Origin: Podarcis vaucheri
Taxonomy: Eukaryota
Reading direction: 5' to 3' (one strand)
NCBI GenBank assembly: GCA_965113315.1
Contig: OZ220369.1
DNA length: 64,000 nt
Translations under genes and position numbers: made by a program
The notes under the pieces: model-generated
Seen by the model: the letters and a program-made list of their open reading frames with translations, nothing else
The model's database searches: none
Told to the model about the DNA's origin: nothing
Part shown: piece by piece, positions 12,856-25,244 of the stretch
How positions within the stretch are numbered: position 1 is the first letter of the stretch
Layout of the letters: each line of letters starts with the position of its first letter

Positions 12856-15800
12856 GCAAGGATGCTTTAAAAGTGGCAGGCCTTCCCTTACTCACCTCTT
12901 GGGTTTAAAGCCTTTCAACAGCACTGGTTTGTCCTGCCTTTCAGGTTGATGGCAAATATTCAAGGCAATGCCACTTTTTTAAAAAAACGATAAAGACAGC
13001 AAGGAGATCCGCAGCCCTTTGACAATTTAAATTTTGTATTTAACAAAATTTTAATACCATATGATCGTACTAAAATCTCTAAGCAGTTTACAAAAATATC
13101 AGCATTCTCAATAAAAACATCAAAACACAGTTTAAAAGACAGAGAGAAACTTTCAAAGCCTGTATGTGTGCATGCACACAAACACACACAGTGTAAATGC
13201 AATCCAATTTACTTAGACACACACACACACCCTCTAAACACAATCCAATTATGAGCCTCTTGGGTTTTAGTACTATAATAGTCCAAGCTTGCATCATCCA
13301 AACAGATCAACGCCTCGGGCTCTCAATGGTGCACTTTCTTCCTGGGGGGAAAAATGTTCCTTGAAAGCCACCAACATGGACCATCTACAACCCCCCTGCT
13401 GCCAACTCAGCGCTCAAAGCCTAACTAAAAGCATCTTCAGCTGACAGGCACACATTTCTTGGCCCTGCACTTTCCTCCTGGGGGTCTTTCACAGCTCTCT
13501 GCTCTCCTGCTGCACTTTCCTCCAAAACAGACTGCAGCAACTGGCTCAGCACTGAAGGGCTACATCAGAGCTCTCGCATTTTATTGGTACACAATTAACA
13601 ATCTGCATAACATTTGCACTTATGATGATATATCCCATTTGTGCCATTTTCTACTGAAAGGCTAGAACAAGCAGATCTTAGGGATGTTCTGGAAATAATC
13701 AGAGATCTCCATGTACACATCCTTTTATTATTAAGCAAACAACAAAAGATCTCTTCACAAATGTACACACTGCCAGAGAGAGAGACATTTAAGTGCGCCT
13801 TCTCACTGCTGTGCTTTAAGCTGCGTGGAGGCCAGCAAAATTCTATTTATCAAGATCTGTGAGCAGTCCAAGACAATTAACTTCATCTGTAGCTGTGGTA
13901 ATAGCAATAATGAAAGCATCCACTCTTGGCAAGTTATTAACAGTGCCTTTTTATTATTAAAGTGCCACATTCCATTGATATCATTTTTTAAAGACCCTCT
14001 TTTAATTTCTTCAGAGAAGCTCATTCCCTAAACACACCTGCCCTTGCAGCAGGCACTTTCAAACCTTTGCCTGCCTGCTCCAACAAAAAAGGTGTTGTGG
14101 GGCAAGGAGAGAAGAGCCCACCAAGGCTGGAGCTGGGAGCAATGGGAGAAAGGACACGAAAAGTAGCCCCACATCTCCCCCTCCCTCCCTGGTAATGCCT
14201 AGAAATGCACCAAGACATGTGACTTGACACCTGCCCTCTTCTGTTATCTGCCTCATTCCACTATGTTCTACTCACAAGGTACTGTTAGGAAACTTCTCAT
14301 AACATGCTTTCTTCTGCCCCCAAACCCCATGCTACTAGACTCCAGCCTCACTAGTTCACGGCACGCTACCCTCAAGTCTCCAGGCTCCATCACCGGTCTC
14401 CGCCTCAAGAAACTCTGCCTCTTAGGGCCCACGGAACAGAACATTCAGGACTTACGGAAGCTAGGGAATAGGAGCAGACTCAAGGGATACAGGAAGCAAG
14501 CATCTGAGAAAAGGGTGGTATGTCTCGCCATTCAAGGGAGGTGTTCATGTCAAATTCCAGCACCTCTTTTTCTAGAAAAATAGCACTGATCTGCATTAGC
14601 CGCCCTTTACCAGAAGGTCTCAGGGTGGGTCAGAGCAATGTAAAATACAATGTTAAAAACAGTTTTAAACCATTTGTACTCACAACTCAAGCAGGTTTAC
14701 AGCAAAAACAGAGTGGCCAAGCAAGGGAGCCATGGAGTATTATGGCGAGGTGATAATAATACTAATTAGATTTCTTCCCCATCCTTTACTGCAAGGTCCC
14801 AGGGCAAGTCACAACAACTGAAAATACAGGATTACAAGCTAGGGGGCCCACAGCAACTAGAGAGCCCAGAGGGGTGGATGAATTTCAAACACTGGCTTAA
14901 AGTAAACACAGCTACATCTCTGGCCGAGGGCTCCCTACTCCAAATCATTTTTCTAGCCCCAGAAACCCTGGGAGATGATCAAGGCCTACTGAGATAGAAC
15001 CCAAGAGCTTTTCCCTGTTATGTCTTGCAAACACCTCCCCTTCCTCATGTTTGGAGAGGACTCCAAATGCTGAACGACAGGGACTACGCCACTCAAACGT
15101 AGCAGGAGCACTGACAGATCTTTTCCTTTTCAATGACAATTTTAAACAGCGCACCACTTTCCTTACAAAGCAGGCATTTGAGATAAGGCAAGGAAGGATG
15201 CGACAATGAAAAGGGATGCACATGAGGAAATCTGTATTATTTTCAGAAGGGGGGGGTGGAGAGAGAGAAGTCACCAGAGTGACAGGTAAGGAGGTATAAA
15301 ATTTACCTCTTTTCCCTCCCCTCCACCACCCACATGGCTGACAACAAACAAATTGCTAGTCTGATCTTTTAGAGTCCTTTCCTGCCAAGCAGATTTTCAA
15401 GCAACACTGCTGGCTCCTTGTCAAGTAAACAACAACACACAGAGGCCTCTGCTCCTGCTCCTTAAAGGCTCCACCAATTTGCTGCCTTTCCTTGAATGAT
15501 ACCAGACCAATTGCCTGCACGGCGCTCCTTATTTCACAAAAATGATTCTTCTTATAAACTGGCCTCATAGAGAATCCATTTTCTTTTTAAGGGGAAAGCT
15601 GCTACTGCTGCTGCTGTTTAATGGACTGTCAGTATAATTTAGATTTCATCAATTTAAACTCATTCAAGCCTGGCTCCTGATTGTACAGTAAATGGAACAT
15701 ATTTCTATTCAACAAAATTAATGACAGTTAATTGTAGTCTGGAGCTCCCCATTTTATGAAAGCAACAGTTCCCTGGTCCCAGCATCAAGCTACATGATTT

Positions 15801-16344
15801 CCCACTCCAATTATTTTCTCCTACTCTTTCCGCCATGCCTCTGATGCATGCTATTTTATAAGCCTCCCATTGCAAGACTAATGTACATTTTGATCTAGTA
15901 TATTGTTTCTAGTTCTGACAGATATGCTCAATTTTCATGCAATCTGTTGACAGCTGAAAGGTAAAAGGGGAAGGAGAAGGAAGCAAGTTAAGAGCGTCTG
16001 GTCCTCAATTCTCACAGCAGTGCTAAAGGAAATTATTTTATTTTTTCCGGCGAAGAACCAGGAGAGAAGACTTAATGGTCCTGACATCCAACAGGAAACC
16101 ACTGTGCCAATGTGCCATCATAAGTGTGCTCATCCCCTCAACAACAACACCCCCCTAACAGTAAACAGTGGCATGACTATAGGATAATACATTTAGCTTC
16201 CACAGTTAGCATAAATTGCCTCTGAACAATGAGACACAGAGTTGGATCTTTAGTAAGATGGCAAAATTACCAATATTGTGAACCACCTTGTGATCTTCAG
16301 GTGAAGGGCAGTATACAAAAAGTAGCAATAGTAGTGATGGCGAT

Positions 16345-16345
16345 A

Positions 16346-16380
<35 letters not shown>

Positions 16381-16399
16381 AATAATAATAATAATAATA
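16345..16399 (+). repeat. (GAT)n(AAT)n microsatellite
   Basis: Read directly from sequence. Confidence 0.95.
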
Positions 16400-17009
16400 C
16401 AGGTCTGGGTGACTAAGTGGGGTAGCGAGCATTTTTATGGGCTAAGTTTGGAGGTTTATTTGCAAGGTCTGATTACCATGGCTATTGACATATATAAATC
16501 TAATAAATGTCCACAGATTTGCTGTGAAGTCATGGTACCCAAAGCAAAATTGTGCCTAGAAGGCCAAGTTGGAGCTTTCAGGTTTCACAGATAAGCCCAG
16601 GGGTTACCTACAGTGCCTGGCAAAGGTTTTGAACCCATAACAGAAGCTGGACAAGCTTTTAGAGGTGGAGTAAGGCTTTTCATGATGATCTTCAGTGGCA
16701 ACATATATAGCCTTACAAATTAAAAAGAACCACCAGGGAGCTTTCCCCCATGCTCCATTCCAATTTCCTGGGCTCAACCGCATCAGCTTAAAGCTATCCT
16801 GCCTTGGGCATACCTTGGTTCCAAAAGGAAGCAAAACAAACCAACCATCAGCCATCAAGAGCGATGAGTTGTGCTTCCACAGCGCTGATCTAATGGCTGT
16901 CTTCTTCCCCGCTTCCTGCCCAGTGTTAAGAGCTACGATAAGCTCGAAGGCCAGGTGGGACAAATGAGAAACTCACAAGCCCTTGCCTTGCCTGGAAGGC
17001 AACAAAGGT

Positions 17010-17188
17010 AGCTGCCTAATGCTGGGTCAGACCACTGGTCCGTTTAGCTCAGTATTTTCTACACTGACTACCAGTGGCTTCCAGGGTTTGAGGCAGAAGA
17101 TCCTCCCTGGAGATGCCAGGGATTGACCCCGGGACCTTCTGTATCCAATGCAGATGCTCTGCCACTGAGTTATGTACGGCCCTTCCTC
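17010..17188 (-). mobile_element. tRNA-headed, CR1-tailed SINE
   Basis: Reverse strand: CATAACTCAGTGGCAGAGCATCTGCATTGGATACAGAAGGTCCCGGGGTCAATCCCTGGCATCTCC ... TGAGCTAAACGGACCAGTGGTCTGACCCAGCATTAGGCAGC. Confidence 0.75.
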
Positions 17189-19035
17189 TATTTACCCACT
17201 GCAGCCGTCCACATGAGTGAACTACCATGCCCATGAATGCAGCCAGATTCTGCTCACAAACCCATCACCTGCCTCGCTTCTTCCTCTTTTCCTTCAGCTT
17301 CTAGTGCATCCTTGTTCAGTCTATCCATCTACAAGTGCCCCGGATGCATTTTCAGTTTTATGCAGCCCCTGGCACGAAATAAATGATAACCCTCAGCGGC
17401 GATCATCAACAGCACAGAAGGCAGACAAACAGTAAAGGGATGTTTTTCTTTTAAAAGGACAAGCTGAAAGAAAAAGGATATAGACTCTCATAAACATCTG
17501 AATCATAAACCTCGGCAGACTCCATAATATCCAGAGTCAAATGGACTCCTCTGGGAGGAAGGGCAGGATACAAATTTAGTATGTAAATATAAATAAATAA
17601 ATTAACGAAACCAAGCAAGAAGACAAAGAGACAACAGGCGATCAAAGGGCCCATCGTGCAGCACTCAGGCACTCATGACCAAATTAGCTAAGGGCCGACA
17701 CCACCTCAGCAATTTGGAGGTCTCCAGTGGAGAAGAGCTCCACGCTGTTCTGTTGAGAAAACAGACCCATCTTCTCTGGGTCCATTCATTGCCAACGCGC
17801 CCAATCTCTTGCTCTCCACTCTTGTCTAGCAATTTTCTATCCATCCACCCAGGGTTTTTATAATCAAGCCTTGCAACCTTTCAACAAGGTGTTTTGTGTT
17901 TAAAAGACTTAAGTGCTACTTTCCTTTAAAAAATAAGAGACTGCGAGATTTGAGGGGGGTGGGGGGGAGCAGCGGCTATTGTTTGAGCCACAAATGGATT
18001 CCCACACTTTTCTATACAAGGAAAGCCTGTAATGGGGCTCACTGCAAAATTAGCACAGCTGCTTCAAACGCCAATCATACGGCAGAAGCTTTTAGTTATT
18101 TTCTCTTCAGCACAGTCCCTTTTGTCATCAGTTTTCGGGGGGGAAAGGAAAGAAAAATCATAAGAGCCAAGACACCTGTCTAGACAATGATGTGACACTT
18201 CAGAGAGCAGGAACACACATTTCACTCTCTCTTGAGGATGAAGTCACAGAGTGGACCGAGAGCCTAAACAAGAGATAAGCTGTATTCACTTGAAAGATTC
18301 CAAAACACCACCTATGGCAGCCTTTACCGGGCTGTATACGGAAAGAGACAGAACTGCTGGGCACAGTGATAAATGAAATAATTCAATAACTAATGGCTCA
18401 AAATATCCTTCCACAGTGGAGCCTGCCTGTTGCATCTCTGTTGGAGTTACCACTCTGCAACACAGAACACTTCCTTATACTGTGCCAGACTATTGGTCCA
18501 TCTACCTCAGTACTGTCTTCATGTGGGGAGGGGAAACTTTTCCAGACCGGGGGTGGCATATATTGAGGAAGGGATTCACACACGGATAACACAATGTGGA
18601 GTTCTTCAGAGAAAGCAGCAAAAAGACACTTGAAAGGTTCTAGTGTTGGGAGTAGTGCAGCCAAAGGGTTACATTTCCCTCCTGGGGGATCACAGATTAT
18701 TTCGATCATAGATGCCAAGGACTGGAACAGGGCCTTTTGCCTACATTCTGCCATTCAACTATGCTTCCTCCTACCCACTAAACATGTTTAGTTGTTCAAA
18801 ATGCCATGCAAGTGGAACACTATACAGATTCAGAGGATAATTGTGCTGAATCTTTGCTGGGGATGAGGGGAAGCACTGACTCACCAAGCCTCATGGATGG
18901 GCCTGCACCGGTTCAAATTCCCACTCTGGCATGAAGCTCACTGTGTGACCTTCGGCCAGTCATACAATTAAAAATTAAAAGCCCATAAGAATTAATTAAA
19001 CGGCTTTCATTTGATCATTAATATTTTGTACTATA

Positions 19036-19282
19036 CAGGCAGGCCCCCGTGTATACTGGAGTTACATTCTGAGGCACCATGCATGTCGGTGAAATCATGT
19101 ATATTTGAAACCCGCTGAAAATGCCTGCAAACACCTCATTCCGCCCCCGTCCTCACTCTGTCCTTTTAGTGATGTTTCAGTGACGTCTTTATGACATTTC
19201 CAGGTCACTTCCAGGTTCAGCGCAATGCGCATATACACGGTCACACACATATTGAGCATGCATAAATGTGGGGGGCTGCCTA
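19036..19282. mobile_element. Tc1/mariner-type MITE
   Basis: TA flanks; TIR CAGGCAGGCCCCC / GGGGGGCTGCCTA. Confidence 0.6.
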
Positions 19283-19329
19283 TATTTATATTTTTATTCT
19301 GTTATATTGTTTCAAGATTTATTTTTGTA

Positions 19330-19659
19330 CAGTGGTGCCTCGCAAGACAAAAATAATTCGTTCCGCGAGTCTCTTCGTCTAGTGGTTTTTTCGTCTTGCG
19401 AAACAACCCTATTAGTGGCTTAGCGGATTAGTACTATTAGCGGTTTAGCGGATTAGTGGCTATTAAAGGCTTAGCGGCTAAAAGGCGGCTTAGAAAAGGG
19501 GGGGAGCAAAAAAAAAAATCGGAACACTCGCAAGACGTTTTCGTCTTGCGAAGCAAGCCCATAGGGAAATTCGTCTTGCGAAGCAGCTCAAAAATGGAAA
19601 ACCCTTTCGTCTAGCGGGTTTTCCGTCTTGCGAGGCATTCGTCTTGCGGGGCACTACTG
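19330..19659 (+). mobile_element. Tc1/mariner-Tigger-type MITE family A
   Basis: TA TSD; TIR CAGTGGTGCCTCGCAAGAC / GTCTTGCGGGGCACTACTG; repeated TCGTCTTGCG subterminal motifs; second copy at 36670. Confidence 0.9.
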
Positions 19660-20834
19660 TATTGTCTTTTGAGTTCTCTTTGGTGTATTGTTTTGAGTTC
19701 TTTTGTACTGTATTTGACCTGCACTTTGTACATTATTTTGAGATCTTTAAACTATTTTCTATTCTTATATTGTATAGTGATCTGAGTGTCTGCATCGTAC
19801 TTGATCTCCATTTTGTGTATGGTTTTGACACTTGACCTCGACTTCATCTTGCTTGAAATTTTGGTCTCTAGTATTTGATGACTTAAGTTTTGTACTCTGC
19901 TTTGTGGTTCTTCTGGATATAAAGCAATTAACATATTTTCTAAACAAATTCTCTCTCAGCCTAACCTACCCCACAGGGTTGCTGTGGCAAAAACATGGGG
20001 AAGGGGAGAACAAATGTACAGCACCTTGAGCTTCTTGGAGGAAAGGTAGAATATAAACATAGTAAATAAAAACCACCCACTTCTTCATTGGAAATGAAAA
20101 TTTCCCCATAACACCAAAAAAAGGAAATGGGGGGGGGGGCGGGGCGTAGAAAACCAACAACATGCCAAAAAAGGGGGGGATTCTGTATCAACATTTAAAA
20201 TCAACATTATAAACTGTTTCCCCGTCAAAGTTTGCCTTCTCCCTCCTTCCCCAGGATTTTGTTTGCTTTATTTAATGAAATATATATGTGTATGCAGATA
20301 GCTAGAAAGCTAAAAGAGCTGGTTTTAAGGATCAACCTCCATTTATCAGCCCTTAAGAGAGGCGCCATCTGTCATGCATTAACAGCTGCTCCATGTTTTA
20401 AGAGCCAGAACAACGCCTGCCACATAAGGGTTTGGAGGGGGGATGGAACACTGGCAGTGGGGAGAGAGAGAAGTGGCAGAGATTTTCACCTTGTAATGTG
20501 CAGTTTTGGTTTTAGTAATAGGGCAGGTGTAAGGATTTCTGGTTAGCTCTCTTTATTTAAAAAGGGGGGAAGGGGGGAGAGATAGCTTTCAAGTGGATTC
20601 TTTACAGTACTGATTCATCCTGAAGGACCGAGCATCCAACTTCCGGGGGGGGGGGGCGGTATGTAGCCCAGAAGCAAAGCAGCTGGATTCATCCCTCTGG
20701 ACACATCACATTGCACGCTCCCATATTCCAAGAAGAATTAGCACCTCAAGGTGGGGACAATTGTCTGCTATGTGGCCACATCTTGCCACTAGACAGAAAC
20801 ACAGATTTGCTTTTAGTTGTGCTGTAAGCACCAG

Positions 20835-21475
20835 GGAGGGGGCACAGGACTGTAGCAGGGCACATTCCTTGCACGTGGAATGTCCCAGGTTCAACTCTTG
20901 AAATCTCTAGCTAGGGCTGGGAAAGACCCCTGGGGAACTTCTGCCTGTCAAGAGCACATACAGAACACAGGAAGCTGCCTTATACCAAGTCAGGCCATCA
21001 GTCCTTATAGCTCAGTATGGTATATACTGATTGGCAGAAGCTCTCCAGTGTTGCAGGTTGGGATTTCCAGCCATACCTGGAGGTGCTGGGGATTGAACCG
21101 GGGACCTTCGGCCTGCAGAAACCATGACCCTTCCCCAGGGGACTGAGCCAGATGGACCACTGGTCTGAATTGATTTAAAGCAGCTTCCTGTATTCCTATG
21201 CCTACTTGCAATGCAAACAAGATTCCTCCTGCTGACCCTCCAATGGCTCCAAAGGCAATGAATAGTTAACTTCATCATAACTGGCTTTTGCCGCTAGGAA
21301 CAGGGCGTACCTCTGCAGCAGAGCAAATGCTTTGAATGCGAAGGGCGCCAGACATCTCAGTCCCTGGCATCTTGTTAGGTAGCAGGGCAAGAAAGATCTG
21401 ATTACAGTCTTGGAGAGCCACTGCCAGTCAGATTAGACTATCACTCGGACTCAGTATAAGGTAGCTTCCTTATGA
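20835..21475. mobile_element. Cluster of three tRNA/CR1-tailed SINE copies (+ ~20835-20945, - ~20960-21140, + ~21310-21470)
   Basis: GTCCCAGGTTCAACTC head, reverse GGGATTGAACCGGGGACCTTC, and tail GACTCAGTATAAGGTAGCTTCCT. Confidence 0.6.
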
Positions 21476-24348
21476 AGCTCAGCTCCTACCACATCCATAA
21501 TAAACTGGGCACTAGCTAAGTGGGAGGCTCGCCACCATCAGTGGCTCAACTACTGGAATGTCATGACATGTTGATAAGCTACCAAGAGGGAAGAGAGAGT
21601 CACAGAATGCTGATAATAATCACAGCCATTCTCAGACAAACAGGAAGGCGTAGTTAGAGGGACACAGGACTAAAAGGGCAGGGGGGGCTCTGTGTGGTTG
21701 GCGGAAAACAAGAAAGGGCAGTGAGGCAAGGAACTGGGGCTGGAATTTATATATATTGATTCAAGCTGAATAGCTAAATCTTTGGCGGCAGGTTCCTAGT
21801 TGCTTTAAAAAAAAATCTAGCGCGCTCTCTCTCTCTTCTTTTTAATTCTGGCACATTTGCCTCTCTCAGCTGGTGAAGCTGTCAGAACAAATAGAAGGCA
21901 ATATCTGGAAGCAAGACAAACACATGGGTCAATGTCAAACACAAGCCAATCACTCTCAGGGCGAGAGCCAAATGCCTGCATTTCAATTTCACTCATGTTC
22001 TCCAACTCAAATACCGTTAGACTGCTTTAAAAAAAAACACCCATAACCAAACAGCTTTCCTCTGCTCTCTTTTTGGTTTTCAAAATGAGATTCTCTTTTT
22101 AATCCAAGAGCAGATTTCAGATTGAACAACAGTTTCAGCCATTTCCTTGGCGGGTACCAAGGAAAAGCATCAATGTATAATTATTATAAAGGGAACATTT
22201 AACAATTAATTGAGCCAGCAGAAGCTAAACCTCCGGAGCTTAGGAGTTCAAATGCTTGCTTGCTAAGCGAAAGAGCAGAGGATTGTAACTTAACCATAGG
22301 AGATTTCAGCCCAATTAGGCTCTGCATAAATAAAATAAAATAACTCTGGGTCTGCTATGCCCGGGTGCAAATATGCCAGAGAAACAGACCAAATGCCTTC
22401 TGTTTCCCTTGCTGTGCTGGAAGGGTGAATCAACAGCACACAAAGGCAGGGCTGTGTGTGAGTGAGGTGACAAAACTATAATCACCCTTGTGTAATTTTG
22501 CAGATAGGATCAGGAATGCATAGAAGCCACTGATGCCCAGCAGGGGAGGCAGATGAGCCTGATGACTGGCCTGTGGGGGTTACTGCCAAGGTGTTTTTTG
22601 GCTCCTGAGTTCTGCACAACTCCTGGATATTATCTCAATTTGAAGAATTCCACAAGGACATGCTTCTTATAATATTAAATAACACACACACACTACTACC
22701 CCACCAACTGCTACTACTTTTGGTTAATCTTCATTTCTGCGTGCGCATACTCAGACATCAGTCATACTGAAGAGAGCGGGCTAAACACAGTGAGAATTGG
22801 AATGCAAGGAAAAGGGGGACCTTAGCTGTGTGGCAAAGCACCTGCCCTGCATGCAGAAAGCCTCAGGTTCAAATATGAGGAAGGGGAGGCAGAAAGAGAG
22901 GGGATGTACATGCAATTCTTTCTGTTACATGCACTTAAGTCTCAGTTACAGCAGGGCACAGAGACCAGGAGGCTGTGCCTATGGCTTTGCAGGGAAGGTG
23001 GGTTTTAAGAATGAGGTAATTAACACCATGGGATGCACTTCCTCGGATCCAGAGAAGATATTTCCCAGAACAGGAAGAGCTGAAAACTTCAGCAGCCCAC
23101 CGCCCCACCACTTCTCTGCAGCACTCCCCAGGGCCTGCAGCTAGCACTACCAGAACAGGAGCATGTGATCCTATGCCTGAGATTCCCACCCGCCCCCCTC
23201 CTACACTCTCCCCAGAAGCAGAAGCAGCTACATTCAGAAATCACCTCCTTCCCAGCATATAATAAGAAGGGCCGGGCGTCTTGTTTTGTGTTAACATGAT
23301 TGTCTTGGGCCAGAGCACCCATCAGAAGCCTGAACAAAGGCCCAAATTACAGCCTTCCTGCTCTCCATTATGGGGCATCCACCCTCTCTCCCCAAGAAAT
23401 AAGCACTCAAGGAGAGAGAGTGTGCCTTAACTGCTAAGTGCTCTCGCTCTTCCCCTTGGCAAGCAATCCTCCCATAAATGAGGATTGCACCCAGCCAGCT
23501 ACAAAGCACTTAACAGCTGGCACCTACGCAAACAAAAGAAATCCTGATAACCTCAAACAGGAACTTTCCGCTTTCAGTAGCACAGAGAGAGAGAGAGAGA
23601 GAGTCCCTTTTCTTTACTACATTTCTCAAGTGTTATACCACATTGCTTTAAAATGGCGGGAGATTAAAAAATGGGACACAGTCTTGCTCTCCTATTTGAG
23701 TCACCTAAGCAGGTAAGGAAGGAAGCAAGGCGGTCAAATTAGAATTACATAGCACTGAAAGCAAACTCGGCTCCTAATCTTCAACTCTCTTTGAAGCTTC
23801 ACCAGAGATTAGAAGAGTTAATGCTGCTCTTGCTTTTTGGTTTTCCCTTTTGTAAAATAAAAGAACACTAGCCCTACATGTTAACTAGCACCCCAATGCC
23901 AAGATGTTTGTCAACTGGTCACTTTCACCATTTTGGTTCCAGGTAACAGTCACTGCCATTCTTTTCATATTAGTTTCCCTCCAACCTCATTCTTTTTCAC
24001 AACACCCAAATGTGTATATATGCCTGTCAATTTGGAATTACACATCCATGCATCTGATGAAGCTTGTGCCATAATAAATTTGTTAGTCTTTAAGGTGCTA
24101 TAAAACCCTTTGTTGTTTCTGCTTCAGCGAACTAAAACACTACTACTCTTTTGGAAATCAACATTTTTGTTCACCATTAACATTAGTGGAATGAAATCTA
24201 AATTCAAGCCTATATTGCTTGTCATACAATATTGCAATAAAAAGCAGGATGCTGCTCAAAATATAATTAAAAACAAAACTAATAGCATAGCACAATTCTA
24301 TCAAGAGGAGGCTAGGTCCAGCAGTGGCCTTGAATTGACAGCCTTGTT

Positions 24349-24680
24349 CATGGGTAGGCAACCGAAGGCCCGGGGGCCAATCCGGCCCAATTACCTTATA
24401 AATCTGGCCCGCAGATAGTTCAGGAATCAGCATGTTTTTACACGAGTAGAATGTGCCCTTTTATTTAAAATGCATCTCTGGGTTATTTGTGGAGCCTGCC
24501 AGTTGTTTTTACATGAGTAGAATGTGTGCTTTTAGTTAAAATGCATCTCTGGGTTATTTGTGGGGCATAGGAATTCGTTCATTCCCCACCACCCCCACCC
24601 CCCAAAAATAGTCCGCCCTACCCCACAAGGTCTGAGGGACAGTGGACCGGCCCCCTGCTGAAAAAGTTTGCTGACCGCTG
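24349..24680 (+). mobile_element. hAT (Charlie/OC1-like) non-autonomous element with internal tandem duplication
   Basis: TIR CATGGGTAGGCAAC / TTTGCTGACCGCTG; 8-bp TSD GCCTTGTT / GCCTAGTT; second copy at 28122. Confidence 0.85.
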
Positions 24681-24952
24681 GCCTAGTTCCTATAATGCAT
24701 TGATTACACAAGTTTCCCTAGATCAAAATTACCCACACAAGTATCTGCATTGGGGACCACTGGAAGGTGATGATTGACAAGGAAATGCAGCCAATCATGG
24801 GTCCACAAGAGATGTGGGATTAAAAAAAACATTTTCCCACCCCCTAAGCAGTACACCAATGTCATATCAAAATCTAAGGTGGGGTGGGTGGGTGGGAGGG
24901 AGGCTCCCCAAAAAAGTGGTTTGTCTTGAGCTGTGATGGAATACAGAGGTAG

Positions 24953-24953
<1 letters not shown>

Positions 24954-25010
<57 letters not shown>
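24954..25010 (+). repeat. (TTTC)n microsatellite
   Basis: Read directly from sequence. Confidence 0.95.
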
Positions 25011-25011
<1 letters not shown>

Positions 25012-25077
25012 CCTTCTTTTTTTTTAAACCAAATCAATGAAACAAACCACAAACCCACATGAGCAGGTAGAAAGATT

Positions 25078-25244
25078 CATGGGCGTAGTAGCCAGGATTT
25101 ATTGGGGGACAGGCTTTATGTCAGGGGGAGCAGAACCCAGAACAGAGTTTTTTGTGACACAATTGGTCAGTTAGATATTTTTATTTATTTACTTGATAGG
25201 GGGGGAGCAGCTGCCCTCCCTACATCCCCCTGGCTACGCCCATA
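25078..25244. mobile_element. Small TIR element (hAT- or Harbinger-like MITE)
   Basis: ATGGGCGTAG(TAG)CCAGG ... CCTGGCTACGCCCAT inverted ends; TSD unclear. Confidence 0.6.

Larger units (their letters stand above)
18905..20070 (+). mobile_element. Squam3A-like SINE split by a ~1 kb nested insertion (5' half ~18905-18964, 3' half ~19950-20070)
   Basis: GGTTCAAATTCCCACTCTGGCATGAAGCTCACTGTGTGACCTTCGGCCAGTCA resumes as CTCTCTCAGCCTAACCTACCCCACAGGGTTG..GAGCTTCTTGGAGGAAAGGTAGAATATAAA, collinear with the copy at 4612. Confidence 0.65.

Noticed and set aside
19408-19495. Interstitial telomeric repeat
   Set aside because: Units are TTAGCGG/TTAGTGG rather than TTAGGG, and lie inside a MITE.
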